From a virus, in UHGV virus genome UHGV-0105671: a DNA stretch of 15,173 nucleotides; one strand, 5' to 3'. Below are positions 1 through 7,424 of this stretch, in pieces (the stretch's first letter is position 1; the number at the start of each line of letters is the position of its first letter). Under the pieces are notes generated by a model, which worked only from the letters and a program-made list of their open reading frames with translations, did no database searches and was not told where the DNA came from. The position numbers and the translations under genes were made by a program.

Positions 1-95
1 TCGTTACCACTTGGGCCAGTGATTAACACAGATGCTATAGCAATAGCCCCGCCACCAATAGCAGCAGCAACAGCTTTTCGTAATGATGGAGGCAT
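1..95 (-). CDS. SAR endolysin (phage 21 R-type lysozyme), N-terminal fragment; gene continues beyond the left edge
   Basis: Reverse complement of 1..95 translates [31 protein letters not shown], a Gly/Ala-rich signal-anchor-release type N-terminus. The ATG (93..95, minus) overlaps the holin stop, the usual holin-endolysin arrangement. Family call is from recalled SAR endolysin features. Confidence 0.75.
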
Positions 96-310
96 TATCC
101 ACCTCTCGCAGCCTTGCGCTTATCTTCTTTAATCTTGAAATAAAGGTTTGTCAGGTACGTCAGCAGGCCAAATACCAGGCTACCCAGCACTCCAATTGCC
201 GCCCACTGTGAGGGCGTGACTTTATCTAGCAGCTGTAAAAACCAGTATCCGGCACTACCTGCTGAGGTGCCATAGGCGACACCCGTTGTTAACTTATCCA
301 TGGATTTCAT
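95..310 (-). CDS. Class II holin / pinholin (S21-like) with dual-start motif
   Basis: 71-aa ORF beginning MKSMDK (Met1 and Met4, the dual antiholin/holin start pattern), with two hydrophobic segments and a charged C-terminus ([13 protein letters not shown]). GAGGTGGGG Shine-Dalgarno upstream; sits immediately upstream of the endolysin start. Confidence 0.85.
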
Positions 311-420
311 AACCCCACCTCGCAGACAAAGCGGGTGTAAATTGAGGGAATACTACGAAACGTAACAGACTCGGAGTCAGTGAATAACTCAGGTATTGGG
401 TTATCAGCTAATATCGAGAC

Positions 421-455
421 TCAAAAAATGGAAAAACCCGCTCGACGGCGGGTTT
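421..455 (-). terminator. Intrinsic terminator-like hairpin (minus-strand sense) in the leader upstream of the holin
   Basis: Inverted repeat AAACCCGC / GCGGGTTT (434..441 and 448..455) with a 6-nt loop; read on the minus strand it is followed by TTCCATTTTTT. On the plus strand no U-tract follows. Confidence 0.5.
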
Positions 456-871
456 AAGCTGTGTGACGAAGTGACCACTCTTAATAGCATAACCAATTTT
501 TTACGTACGTAAACCACTAAATGATATTTGCGAGAATGCTACCGAGTATTGAAAACACCACTACAAATACATAAGCAAATCTCAACAAATAACCAACAGT
601 GTTATTTTTAGCCGGTTTAAATTGAACCTTCAAATTATAGAGCACTTATAAATAACAGACATTAATATAAATTGGCTAATAGATTTATTTTTATTCAGCC
701 AAGAGCCATGAATAGGATTCGATAGAAAAAAGTTCAGATAAAAATAGAGATCTACTTCACAAATCAAACGAGAAACCAAAACTTACATCTTGAAATAATC
801 ACATTGATTAGATGAATATTTATCGCGCAGTGACATCATTTTTTAATAATAGTTCAAAAAAAGGGCTCACG

Positions 872-1954
872 ATGAAAAAATTAACAGTGGCAATTTCTGC
901 TGTAGCTGCATCAGTACTGATGGCGATGTCTGCTCAGGCAGCTGAAATTTATAATAAAGACAGTAACAAGCTGGATCTGTACGGGAAAGTTAATGCTAAG
1001 CACTACTTCTCCTCTAATGATGCAGATGATGGTGATACTACTTATGCCCGTCTTGGCTTCAAAGGTGAAACCCAAATCAACGATCAACTGACTGGTTTCG
1101 GTCAGTGGGAATATGAATTCAAAGGCAACCGCGCTGAATCTCAAGGTTCCTCCAAAGATAAAACCCGTCTTGCCTTCGCTGGCCTGAAATTCGGTGACTA
1201 CGGCTCCATCGATTACGGCCGTAACTACGGTGTAGCATACGACATCGGTGCGTGGACTGACGTCCTGCCAGAATTCGGTGGTGACACTTGGACTCAAACC
1301 GACGTGTTCATGACTCAACGTGCAACTGGTGTTGCAACTTATCGTAACAACGACTTCTTTGGTCTGGTCGATGGCCTGAACTTTGCTGCTCAGTATCAGG
1401 GTAAAAATGACCGCACTGACGTAACTGAAGCCAATGGTGATGGTTTCGGTTTCTCCACTACTTATGAGTATGAAGGATTCGGCGTGGGTGCAACCTATGC
1501 TAAATCAGATCGCACTGACGGTCAGGTCGCCTATGGTAAGAGCAAATTCAATGCCTCCGGCAAAAATGCGGAAGTATGGGCTGCAGGCCTGAAATATGAT
1601 GCGAACAATATCTATCTGGCTACCACATATTCTGAAACTCAGAATATGACCGTTTTTGGTAATAACCATATTGCAAACAAAGCACAAAACTTTGAAGCAG
1701 TAGCACAATATCAGTTTGACTTCGGTCTGCGCCCATCTGTTGCTTACCTTCAGTCAAAAGGTAAAGACCTTGGTGTTCATGGTGACCGAGACTTAGTCAA
1801 GTATGTCGATGTCGGTGCTACTTACTACTTTAATAAAAACATGTCCACTTTTGTTGATTACAAAATCAACTTAATTGACGATAGTAAGTTTACCAAAACA
1901 GCTGGTATTGATACCGACGACATCGCCGCTGTAGGTCTGGTTTATCAGTTCTAA
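872..1954 (+). CDS. nmpC: General bacterial porin (OmpC/NmpC/OmpD family), prophage-borne moron
   Basis: 361-aa product starting [23 protein letters not shown] (signal peptide ending AQA-AE), with porin motifs and the C-terminal ...VGLVYQF beta-barrel signature. AAGGG Shine-Dalgarno before ATG 872; the ORF-track start at 812 is an unsupported upstream extension. Lies between Q and the lysis genes on the opposite strand, as recalled for DLP12 nmpC. Symbol assigned by family and position, not by alignment. Confidence 0.9.
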   Translation: MKKLTVAISAVAASVLMAMSAQAAEIYNKDSNKLDLYGKVNAKHYFSSNDADDGDTTYARLGFKGETQINDQLTGFGQWEYEFKGNRAESQGSSKDKTRLAFAGLKFGDYGSIDYGRNYGVAYDIGAWTDVLPEFGGDTWTQTDVFMTQRATGVATYRNNDFFGLVDGLNFAAQYQGKNDRTDVTEANGDGFGFSTTYEYEGFGVGATYAKSDRTDGQVAYGKSKFNASGKNAEVWAAGLKYDANNIYLATTYSETQNMTVFGNNHIANKAQNFEAVAQYQFDFGLRPSVAYLQSKGKDLGVHGDRDLVKYVDVGATYYFNKNMSTFVDYKINLIDDSKFTKTAGIDTDDIAAVGLVYQF

Positions 1955-1962
1955 TCTGACTT

Positions 1963-2005
1963 ACGAAAAAGATATGTTGCGGGAGGCTTTGCCTCCGCAA
2001 CATAT
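1963..2005 (-). terminator. Intrinsic terminator (minus-strand sense) about 180 nt downstream of Q; candidate tR'-like or early-right operon terminator
   Basis: Near-perfect 15-bp palindrome ATATGTTGCGGGAGGC-TTT-GCCTCCGCAACATAT (1972..2005); on the minus strand it is followed by CTTTTTCG. On the plus strand it is preceded by an A-tract but not followed by U's. Confidence 0.55.
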
Positions 2006-2091
2006 AAGTGGAGCCCTCAAGCCACTTCCTTTAGAAGCACTACCTTACTTCTTACTATATAAACCTTCTGTTATATATTACCCTTTATTTT

Positions 2092-2121
2092 GGGGGCGTT
2101 TCCACGCCCCATTTTTAATAA
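2092..2121 (+). terminator. Intrinsic terminator (plus-strand sense), likely porin transcript terminator
   Basis: GGGGGCGT-TTCC-ACGCCCC hairpin followed by ATTTTTAATAA on the plus strand. Confidence 0.55.
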
Positions 2122-2142
2122 CTTTTAGTAAACAATTGCATA

Positions 2143-2526
2143 TCAATTAGAATTATTAGCAACGATATCCATATCTAACCGGATATCTAATGTCATTAAC
2201 ATCCCTTCAATTATGCCCTCAGCCTTCTGTAACCTTTTCCCGATATAACCATCCGAGCAGCAATGCTTACTTGCCAGTGACATGAATGTCATACCACATA
2301 CATAATAATCTACTAATAAATCGTGTAAATCGCTGTTGTTCTTTTTCAGACGGGCCATGCACCCGCAAATGATCATCGCGTCATCGTCACAACATTGCAG
2401 GCGAGATTTTACTTTTGAAGGAATTAATCCCTTAAAACCGGCAGCAATGGACGACCAGGTCACATCCTCATGATTATTTGCCGCCCATGCACCCCAGCGT
2501 TCAAGAACCATCTGAATATCACGCAT
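2143..2526 (-). CDS. Late-gene antitermination protein Q (small 82/DLP12-type Q family)
   Basis: 127-aa product from ATG 2526 (GGAG Shine-Dalgarno 7 nt upstream); the ORF-track TTG start at 2541 is less likely. Cys-rich segment ([16 protein letters not shown]) typical of zinc-binding Q proteins. Position is last gene of the rightward-type operon, before a terminator and the lysis cassette. Confidence 0.8.
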   Translation of the reverse strand: MRDIQMVLERWGAWAANNHEDVTWSSIAAGFKGLIPSKVKSRLQCCDDDAMIICGCMARLKKNNSDLHDLLVDYYVCGMTFMSLASKHCCSDGYIGKRLQKAEGIIEGMLMTLDIRLDMDIVANNSN

Positions 2527-2543
2527 CAACTTTCTCCACAAAA

Positions 2544-3539
2544 TCAGGACAGCACACCAATCGCCAGCGCGCGATCGATAAAACGAAATATCAGCTCCAG
2601 TTGGGAACCATACTTCTCTTCAAATGCCACGGTATCCGCATGCAGTTCGTCATGGTGTTTTCTGCACAAAGGCAACACAAAAAGGTCATGCGCTTTTGTA
2701 CCCATTCCACCCTGACCATGACCAATCAGGTGGTGGGCATCATCAGCAGGCTTTCCGCAACATGCGCACGGCTGCGTCTTAACCCAGCGCGTGTACTTTT
2801 CATTAACCCAGCGGCGACGTTTTGGGCGTAACATAAAAGACTCCGGCGACTCCGGATCCACTTTCAGCGCCAGCACCTTTTTCGCTTTATCCTGGATGAT
2901 GCTGGTGGCAGGAACCGAAGGCACAAGATCACTTTCCCGGGTGACAGACGGCACAACAGGCTTCGGTAATCTCAGTGCCTTACGGGCTGCACTTTCCGGT
3001 AAGGCATCCGCCAGATCATTACGAATCAGCCACCAGCACAGTTCAGGCATTGTCACAACGTGACTGTCATCAAAACCGAGATCCCGACGCACAACAGACA
3101 ACACCCAGCGGGCACAGTTATCCGTTGCCATTGATTCCAGCCGTTCCGTGAACTGATCGCGCAACTGGTTATCGCAGTGCCAGCACAGACGGATTGCGCC
3201 CGGCGCGTGTCGCATTGTTGTCATGTTCTCGCTGTGCCAGCCGGAATGAGGCCACTGACAGCCCTTTTCACGAAGTAACCAGCTTTCAAGACATTCCACA
3301 CCACCAGCACGACGGATCACTGCCTCATTGCGGAACACGGCCCGAACGGCAGGATCATCCGCCAGCGGTTGTGATGCCGCCGGAACGGCACCACTGGCGA
3401 AAGATGAATAACGCTCCGGCTCAGGCTCCAGCAGGACACGCCCCTGCATAAACAGGGGCATCAGCTCTGAACCGGGTCTGAACAATACGATCCCCATACG
3501 CGGGGCAATTTCAGGGGTCAGTAGTGCTCTCACGGTCAC
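2544..3539 (-). CDS. DUF968-family prophage protein with C-terminal Cys/His HNH-like motif
   Basis: 331-aa ORF; C-terminal [18 protein letters not shown]...[10 protein letters not shown] resembles a zinc-binding HNH-like core. A DUF968 gene next to Q is recalled from the Qin prophage (YdfU). GTG start at 3539 sits directly after the upstream TGA with no clear Shine-Dalgarno, so the start is uncertain (alternative ATG at Met15). Confidence 0.6.
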   Translation of the reverse strand: MTVRALLTPEIAPRMGIVLFRPGSELMPLFMQGRVLLEPEPERYSSFASGAVPAASQPLADDPAVRAVFRNEAVIRRAGGVECLESWLLREKGCQWPHSGWHSENMTTMRHAPGAIRLCWHCDNQLRDQFTERLESMATDNCARWVLSVVRRDLGFDDSHVVTMPELCWWLIRNDLADALPESAARKALRLPKPVVPSVTRESDLVPSVPATSIIQDKAKKVLALKVDPESPESFMLRPKRRRWVNEKYTRWVKTQPCACCGKPADDAHHLIGHGQGGMGTKAHDLFVLPLCRKHHDELHADTVAFEEKYGSQLELIFRFIDRALAIGVLS

Positions 3540-3540
3540 C

Positions 3541-4338
3541 TCAATGAACGGTATCGAGCAGCTTTAACAGCTCAGGGAATCGGGATTCGAAGAAGTGTGG
3601 CTGCGTCTCGCGCGGATTTGCGGGACTGGTGATGTTCTTGCCGAACATGCAGCCTTTCGCTGTCAGCGACCAGAATTTTTTGATGTTGTTAATCGCGGTA
3701 CGGCTGTATCGTTCGCGTTGTTCAACGATCCCCAGCTTCACCATCTGGTGATATGCCTGATTAGCCGTCAGGCGGATACCATACTGTTTCAACAGTGCAC
3801 TCAGTGACAGTGTCGGGCGACTTGAGCCATCGTGTGCATCAGCAGGAGCATCAATGGCATAGCGCGGTGCCAGATTCGGTAAGCCAACAGCCTCCTGAAG
3901 CTTCTGACAGGCTCCAAGCACTGATGAGTTAGACAGATTTAATTCCCGGCGCATAAAGTCCAGCAGGATCACGCCAGCCTGCATCTTGTCAGCAGCCTGT
4001 CCGGATAATTTTTCCGGTGCGCTGGTTACCATGTCGAAAGTACGGATCACCTTCAGATGGAATGACGGGCTGATCCACATTGCATAGGCATACACCAGTT
4101 CTTTGCAGACATACGTCCCCTGGTTATTTCCGCCACGAATAACGTTAACTGGCTCTATATTGACCGAGTTGCAAATCTGCAACTCGCTTATTAAACGCTC
4201 AGTTTGCTCATTGCGGAGCCAGAATGCAGGCTTATGCTTATCCAGAGAACCAGCAGCCCTATGCAGATCGTTCAGGCTGTAACGCCCATAAGCATCACGA
4301 CGAACTTCAATACCATCAATGACCATCAGATTATTCAT
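3541..4338 (-). CDS. KilA-N domain protein (antirepressor-like or BstA-like architecture)
   Basis: N-terminal MNNLMVIDGIEVRRDAYGRYSLNDLHRAAG...KPAFWLRNEQTERLISEL matches the KilA-N fold pattern. GAGGAG Shine-Dalgarno precedes ATG 4338 (the track start at 4371 would overlap rusA). The C-terminal ~150 aa are unassigned. Confidence 0.7.
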   Translation of the reverse strand: MNNLMVIDGIEVRRDAYGRYSLNDLHRAAGSLDKHKPAFWLRNEQTERLISELQICNSVNIEPVNVIRGGNNQGTYVCKELVYAYAMWISPSFHLKVIRTFDMVTSAPEKLSGQAADKMQAGVILLDFMRRELNLSNSSVLGACQKLQEAVGLPNLAPRYAIDAPADAHDGSSRPTLSLSALLKQYGIRLTANQAYHQMVKLGIVEQRERYSRTAINNIKKFWSLTAKGCMFGKNITSPANPRETQPHFFESRFPELLKLLDTVH

Positions 4339-4357
4339 ACTTCGTTTCTCCTCTTGA

Positions 4358-4747
4358 TCAGGCGGCTGCACCCGCCGTTTTCTCGTACTTACTGATAGTG
4401 ATCTCGACCTTCCCTTCCGGGATAACCGGTCCCCACTCCACCAGCATTCTTTTCACCTGGCTGTCGTCTTCCCACACACCCGCGTGGGTCAGGGCGTCAA
4501 ACAGCGCCTTGTTATAGTTGTCCAGATCGCGGATCCGGTTATCCGGAGGAAACAACACGATCTCCACTGAAGCAGGTGCCGACGTTGGTTTTGGCAGACG
4601 ACGTAACTGCTCAACTATTGCTGCACACGCCGCGCTCTGGAATTTTCGCCCCGCCGCGCTTATCAGGCTCTTACCTGCAAACGCCCCTTTGTTGGGGTGT
4701 CGCCAGTACGTGTTCACGCTGGGCGGAAAAGGCAGAATCAGCTTCAT
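4358..4747 (-). CDS. rusA: RusA-family Holliday junction resolvase
   Basis: 129-aa product with the conserved core ...DLDNYNKALFDALTHAGVWEDDSQV... matching the RusA catalytic aspartate region as recalled. ATGA overlap with the upstream gene stop. Confidence 0.8.
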   Translation of the reverse strand: MKLILPFPPSVNTYWRHPNKGAFAGKSLISAAGRKFQSAACAAIVEQLRRLPKPTSAPASVEIVLFPPDNRIRDLDNYNKALFDALTHAGVWEDDSQVKRMLVEWGPVIPEGKVEITISKYEKTAGAAA

Positions 4748-5070
4748 ACTTTCAGGCCTCTCTCATGTAACCAGTGAGCTGCACGCAGCCTGGCGTTCAC
4801 CTCACCGGCAAGCAGTGCGCGGATAATCCCGACCGCCTCGCTGTCGTCGTCCTTCACCGCGGTATGAAGCGTGATCCCCCGGGCCACGCCACGCTTTATC
4901 GTGATGACGCCTTTTTTCTCCAGTGCGCGAAGATGCTCCACCGCTGTATTCACTGAACGGTATCCCAGCATGGTTGCCACCTCCTGATTGGTTGGCGGGA
5001 AGCCACGTTCTTTCTGATAAGAAATCAGCATATCCAGCACCTGCTGCTGGCATTGAGTTAACGTCGTCAT
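4744..5070 (-). CDS. LexA N-terminal DNA-binding-domain-like winged-helix protein lacking the S24 peptidase domain
   Basis: 108 aa; MTTLTQCQQQVLDMLISYQKERGFPPTNQEVATMLGYRSVNTAVEHLRALEKKGVITIKRGVARGI parallels the LexA N-terminal domain (recalled as [58 protein letters not shown]). No Ser/Lys autoprotease region. ATGA coupling at both ends. Confidence 0.6.
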   Translation of the reverse strand: MTTLTQCQQQVLDMLISYQKERGFPPTNQEVATMLGYRSVNTAVEHLRALEKKGVITIKRGVARGITLHTAVKDDDSEAVGIIRALLAGEVNARLRAAHWLHERGLKV

Positions 5071-5720
5071 GCCGCCATCTCCCTGACCAGTTTTTCCGCC
5101 TGCTGGCGAACCTGCGCCAGAAACGCCTCACCACATGCCTCAAGTTCATCGCGCCCGATGTAGCTGATTGCCGGTCCCTTCCAGGTCTTGTCAAAAACAG
5201 CAATAGCACCAGCGAAAAAAGCTCCTGTCGGTACCTGCTTCTCGTCTTTCGGGATAAACCAGACAGGCAGTTCAAAACCAATACGCCCACGAATAAAAGC
5301 AATATGATCTGCATATTCCGGCCACCACACTTCGCTGGTGGCAGCTTTGATCAGGAAAACATAGCGCCCGCCCTTATCACGCATGGCACTGGCATGTTTC
5401 ATGATGTAACGCATGCCGGTGATGTATTGCCCATCATGTTGACTGGCGCGGCTGTATGGAGGATTACCAAAGGCAGCACCTTTAAGCCCCGCAAGGCGTT
5501 CTGACCAGTCATGCGCCAGCGCGTTGTCTTCCGCCGTGTAATACGCGGCACATTTGGCGTTATCACCGTCAGTGAACAGATCCAGAACAAACGGGCCAAA
5601 CAGGGTGTTAATTCCCCAGAAAATGTTGTCCGGCGTGCACCACTGATCACCCACTTCCTTCAGTTCATGGGCTGGTTTGTTCCGCAGTTCCACCAGCTCC
5701 TGGCAATATTTATTACTCAT
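5067..5720 (-). CDS. Phage-type DNA N6-adenine methyltransferase (Dam family), orphan
   Basis: Contains the FGNPPYS (NPPY) catalytic motif; 217 aa from ATG 5720, whose TAATG overlaps the upstream gene stop and is preceded by GGGGG. No adjacent restriction endonuclease gene. Confidence 0.8.
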   Translation of the reverse strand: MSNKYCQELVELRNKPAHELKEVGDQWCTPDNIFWGINTLFGPFVLDLFTDGDNAKCAAYYTAEDNALAHDWSERLAGLKGAAFGNPPYSRASQHDGQYITGMRYIMKHASAMRDKGGRYVFLIKAATSEVWWPEYADHIAFIRGRIGFELPVWFIPKDEKQVPTGAFFAGAIAVFDKTWKGPAISYIGRDELEACGEAFLAQVRQQAEKLVREMAA

Positions 5721-6208
5721 TAAGCCCCCACGTAATTCCCTGACAGATACCACTCATCACCCGATACAGCTCGCTTGCTGCTTTTCCGTAAGCACCGCTC
5801 ACGACGCGCCAGAAAATTGTTTCGTTCTGGCTGGGAGTGGCTTTCACGGAATGCCGCCATCCACACGGTTGCAGCACGACGGTATAAGCCCCTTGACTCC
5901 AGTTCTTCAGCCTGGCGGGTCAGGCACAAAATCACCCGGGGATCGTTAGTGCCGACATAGAAATTGCGCACAGGTCTGGTTTCACGAACTGGTTGTGGTT
6001 CCGGCTCCTGCGCTCTCTCAGTCAGGCGTGGGAAATGTCTGCGTGTATCTCCTTCACAACGGTGAGCCACACGCCCACTCTGACGTAACTTGCTTGCTGA
6101 CTGCAGAACGCGCTGCCGTGAGTAACCTGCAAAAGCATCCGCAACGTCTCCGGAAGTACACCCCGGATGGGCTTCAATGAATTTCTGAACTTCATTCAAA
6201 AGACTCAT
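5720..6208 (-). CDS. yfdN: YfdN-like prophage protein; C-terminal region resembles PerC-family regulators (tentative)
   Basis: 162 aa from ATG 6208 (AGGGGGTG Shine-Dalgarno, 5-nt spacer); the track GTG at 6214 gives 164 aa, the size recalled for K-12 CPS-53 YfdN. C-terminal GLYRRAATVWMAAF...ERNNFLARRERC is reminiscent of PerC-like proteins. Symbol rests on recalled size and gene order, not alignment. Confidence 0.45.
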   Translation of the reverse strand: MSLLNEVQKFIEAHPGCTSGDVADAFAGYSRQRVLQSASKLRQSGRVAHRCEGDTRRHFPRLTERAQEPEPQPVRETRPVRNFYVGTNDPRVILCLTRQAEELESRGLYRRAATVWMAAFRESHSQPERNNFLARRERCLRKSSKRAVSGDEWYLSGNYVGA

Positions 6209-6210
6209 GA

Positions 6211-7203
6211 TCACCCCCTGAATCCTACCGGGATCTGGCTGTAGTCCACGTTGTCGTAACTGGCTTTGAAGTACGGGTCTTCACGTTTTTCTGTGTGCGT
6301 GCTGACGGACGGCGATAAGCGCAGGGAAAGCTCATCCCATTTTTCCCGCAACTTCGACGGGCTGAGCACGTTACGGCACCAGAACGGATCACGGCTGACG
6401 CGGCTGTACATCTCGCAGATTTGTTTGTGAGTACGACCATCCTGCACACACATCAGGCGAATTTCGTTTGCCCATGCTGTCCAGTTCGGTTCTTTGGGAC
6501 GAACCACCTCGCCGTCACATTCGGCGGCCTGCTCGTACAGGGCGATGATTTTTTTCCAGAGCCACTGTGCGCAGGTCAAATCATCCTGCGTTCCCCACTG
6601 GCGCTTTTTAGGGCTGAATACAACCGCATCAGGATGGCGAGTTAAAAACTCCTGTTCAGCCGTTTGCGTGTCCGGTTGCGAAGCGTCCGGACGAGAAGAG
6701 GTTTTATTCTCTGTAGTAATCTCTGTTGTATTCTCTGTAAGATCATTGGGCCATTTTGACCCGATGACAGCGTGTCGTTTTGAACCAATGGATCGTGTCA
6801 TTTTGCGCCCATCCATCAGGTCACTTTGACCCGATGGAGAAGTGCATTTTGACCTGATGGATTCGTTCACTTTGACCTCTTCTAAAAGCTCACTTTCATA
6901 GTTGATCGTGTAGAAGTTGGTCATGTCACGCTTCGATTTATTGAGTTGCTCGCGACGCAAAACCCCAAGTGATTTCAGGCTTGCAAATGTGCGTTTCAGA
7001 GTGGACTCTGACCAGAACGGAAACTGCTCCAGCCACTGTTCTGTCGTGTTATAAACCCAGCGAATTCCGCCATGCTCAGTGCCTGAATTCGTTTCATTCA
7101 GCCAGTAATGAAGCTGCTGCAACACAATTGCCTCATTCAGACCAATACGGCATGCAAGATCACGATTTATCACAATGGGCTGGGATGTCATTAACAGGCT
7201 CAT
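6211..7203 (-). CDS. Replication initiator (functional analogue of lambda O) with internal iteron origin
   Basis: 330-aa ORF with GGAGG Shine-Dalgarno; located after the immunity region as for lambda O. It contains an array of about six ~23-bp-spaced direct repeats followed by an AT-rich tract (see repeat feature), mirroring lambda ori-inside-O. The repeats encode a reiterated peptide (…RSIGSK…VIGSK…). Confidence 0.6.
   Translation of the reverse strand: MSLLMTSQPIVINRDLACRIGLNEAIVLQQLHYWLNETNSGTEHGGIRWVYNTTEQWLEQFPFWSESTLKRTFASLKSLGVLRREQLNKSKRDMTNFYTINYESELLEEVKVNESIRSKCTSPSGQSDLMDGRKMTRSIGSKRHAVIGSKWPNDLTENTTEITTENKTSSRPDASQPDTQTAEQEFLTRHPDAVVFSPKKRQWGTQDDLTCAQWLWKKIIALYEQAAECDGEVVRPKEPNWTAWANEIRLMCVQDGRTHKQICEMYSRVSRDPFWCRNVLSPSKLREKWDELSLRLSPSVSTHTEKREDPYFKASYDNVDYSQIPVGFRG
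6701..6879. repeat. Candidate phage origin of replication: iteron array plus AT-rich repeat region
   Basis: Plus-strand direct repeats with core CAYTTTGACCYGATGG beginning near 6752, 6776, 6798, 6822, 6845 and 6868 (spacing 22 to 24 bp). Adjacent AT-rich segment 6701..6745 carries three TCTCTGT repeats at 12-bp spacing. Confidence 0.6.
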
Positions 7204-7424
7204 GCCGCACCTCCGAGATGCTTCATGTTTTTTCCGGAGCGAAAGGCTATAAGCGGCATACTGACGCGGTAATTACGGCCCAGCGGTTCACAAACCACCT
7301 TCTGACATTCACGGTCAACCAGGCTAACACGTAGAACATGCCCTGCAGGCGTGGTGTACCACTGACCCGGACGAGGACAACGGAAAGTCTGATTGGTAAA
7401 ACGTTTGAAAATATTCCGGATCAT
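7200..7424 (-). CDS. Hypothetical small protein (74 aa)
   Basis: ATGA overlaps with both flanking genes and an AGGTAAGGGGG Shine-Dalgarno upstream. No recognisable motif. Confidence 0.4.
   Translation of the reverse strand: MIRNIFKRFTNQTFRCPRPGQWYTTPAGHVLRVSLVDRECQKVVCEPLGRNYRVSMPLIAFRSGKNMKHLGGAA

Noticed and set aside
812-871. Upstream 20-codon extension of the porin ORF (track start at 812)
   Set aside because: The Shine-Dalgarno and canonical signal peptide begin at ATG 872; the extension has no ribosome-binding site and would precede the signal peptide.
911-1708. Minus-strand ORFs 911..1318 and 1505..1708 inside the porin gene
   Set aside because: Antisense to a well-supported porin CDS, no ribosome-binding sites and unprotein-like composition; likely chance ORFs.
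2055-2080. Possible LexA (SOS) box near CTGTTATATATTACCC
   Set aside because: Only one CTGT half-site is present; the partner ACAG at the required 8-bp spacing is missing.
2470-3451. Plus-strand ORFs 2470..2715, 2478..2831, 2791..3063 and 3194..3451
   Set aside because: They lie antisense to the DUF968 and Q genes, which belong to a coupled operon; their translations are Arg/Ser/His-rich and low-complexity, typical of off-frame ORFs.
3595-4395. Plus-strand ORFs 3595..3807 and 4204..4395
   Set aside because: Antisense to the KilA-N gene; no supporting signals.
4518-5504. ORFs 4518..4826(+), 4576..4770(+), 4774..4956(+), 4802..5314(-) and 4923..5504(+)
   Set aside because: They overlap the RusA, LexA-like and Dam genes in alternative frames or strands; the 170-aa minus-strand ORF is extremely Arg-rich and out of frame with the NPPY methyltransferase.
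5721-5753. Longer Dam start at 5753 (MVSVRELRGGL...)
   Set aside because: It would overlap the upstream gene by 34 nt; the ATG at 5720 has a G-rich Shine-Dalgarno and a TAATG stop-start overlap.
5399-6829. Miscellaneous overlapping ORFs (5399..5650-, 5511..5723+, 5677..5949+, 5775..5960+, 5995..6180+, 6225..6449-, 6421..6645+, 6494..6829+)
   Set aside because: All are embedded in or antisense to better-supported genes and lack start signals.
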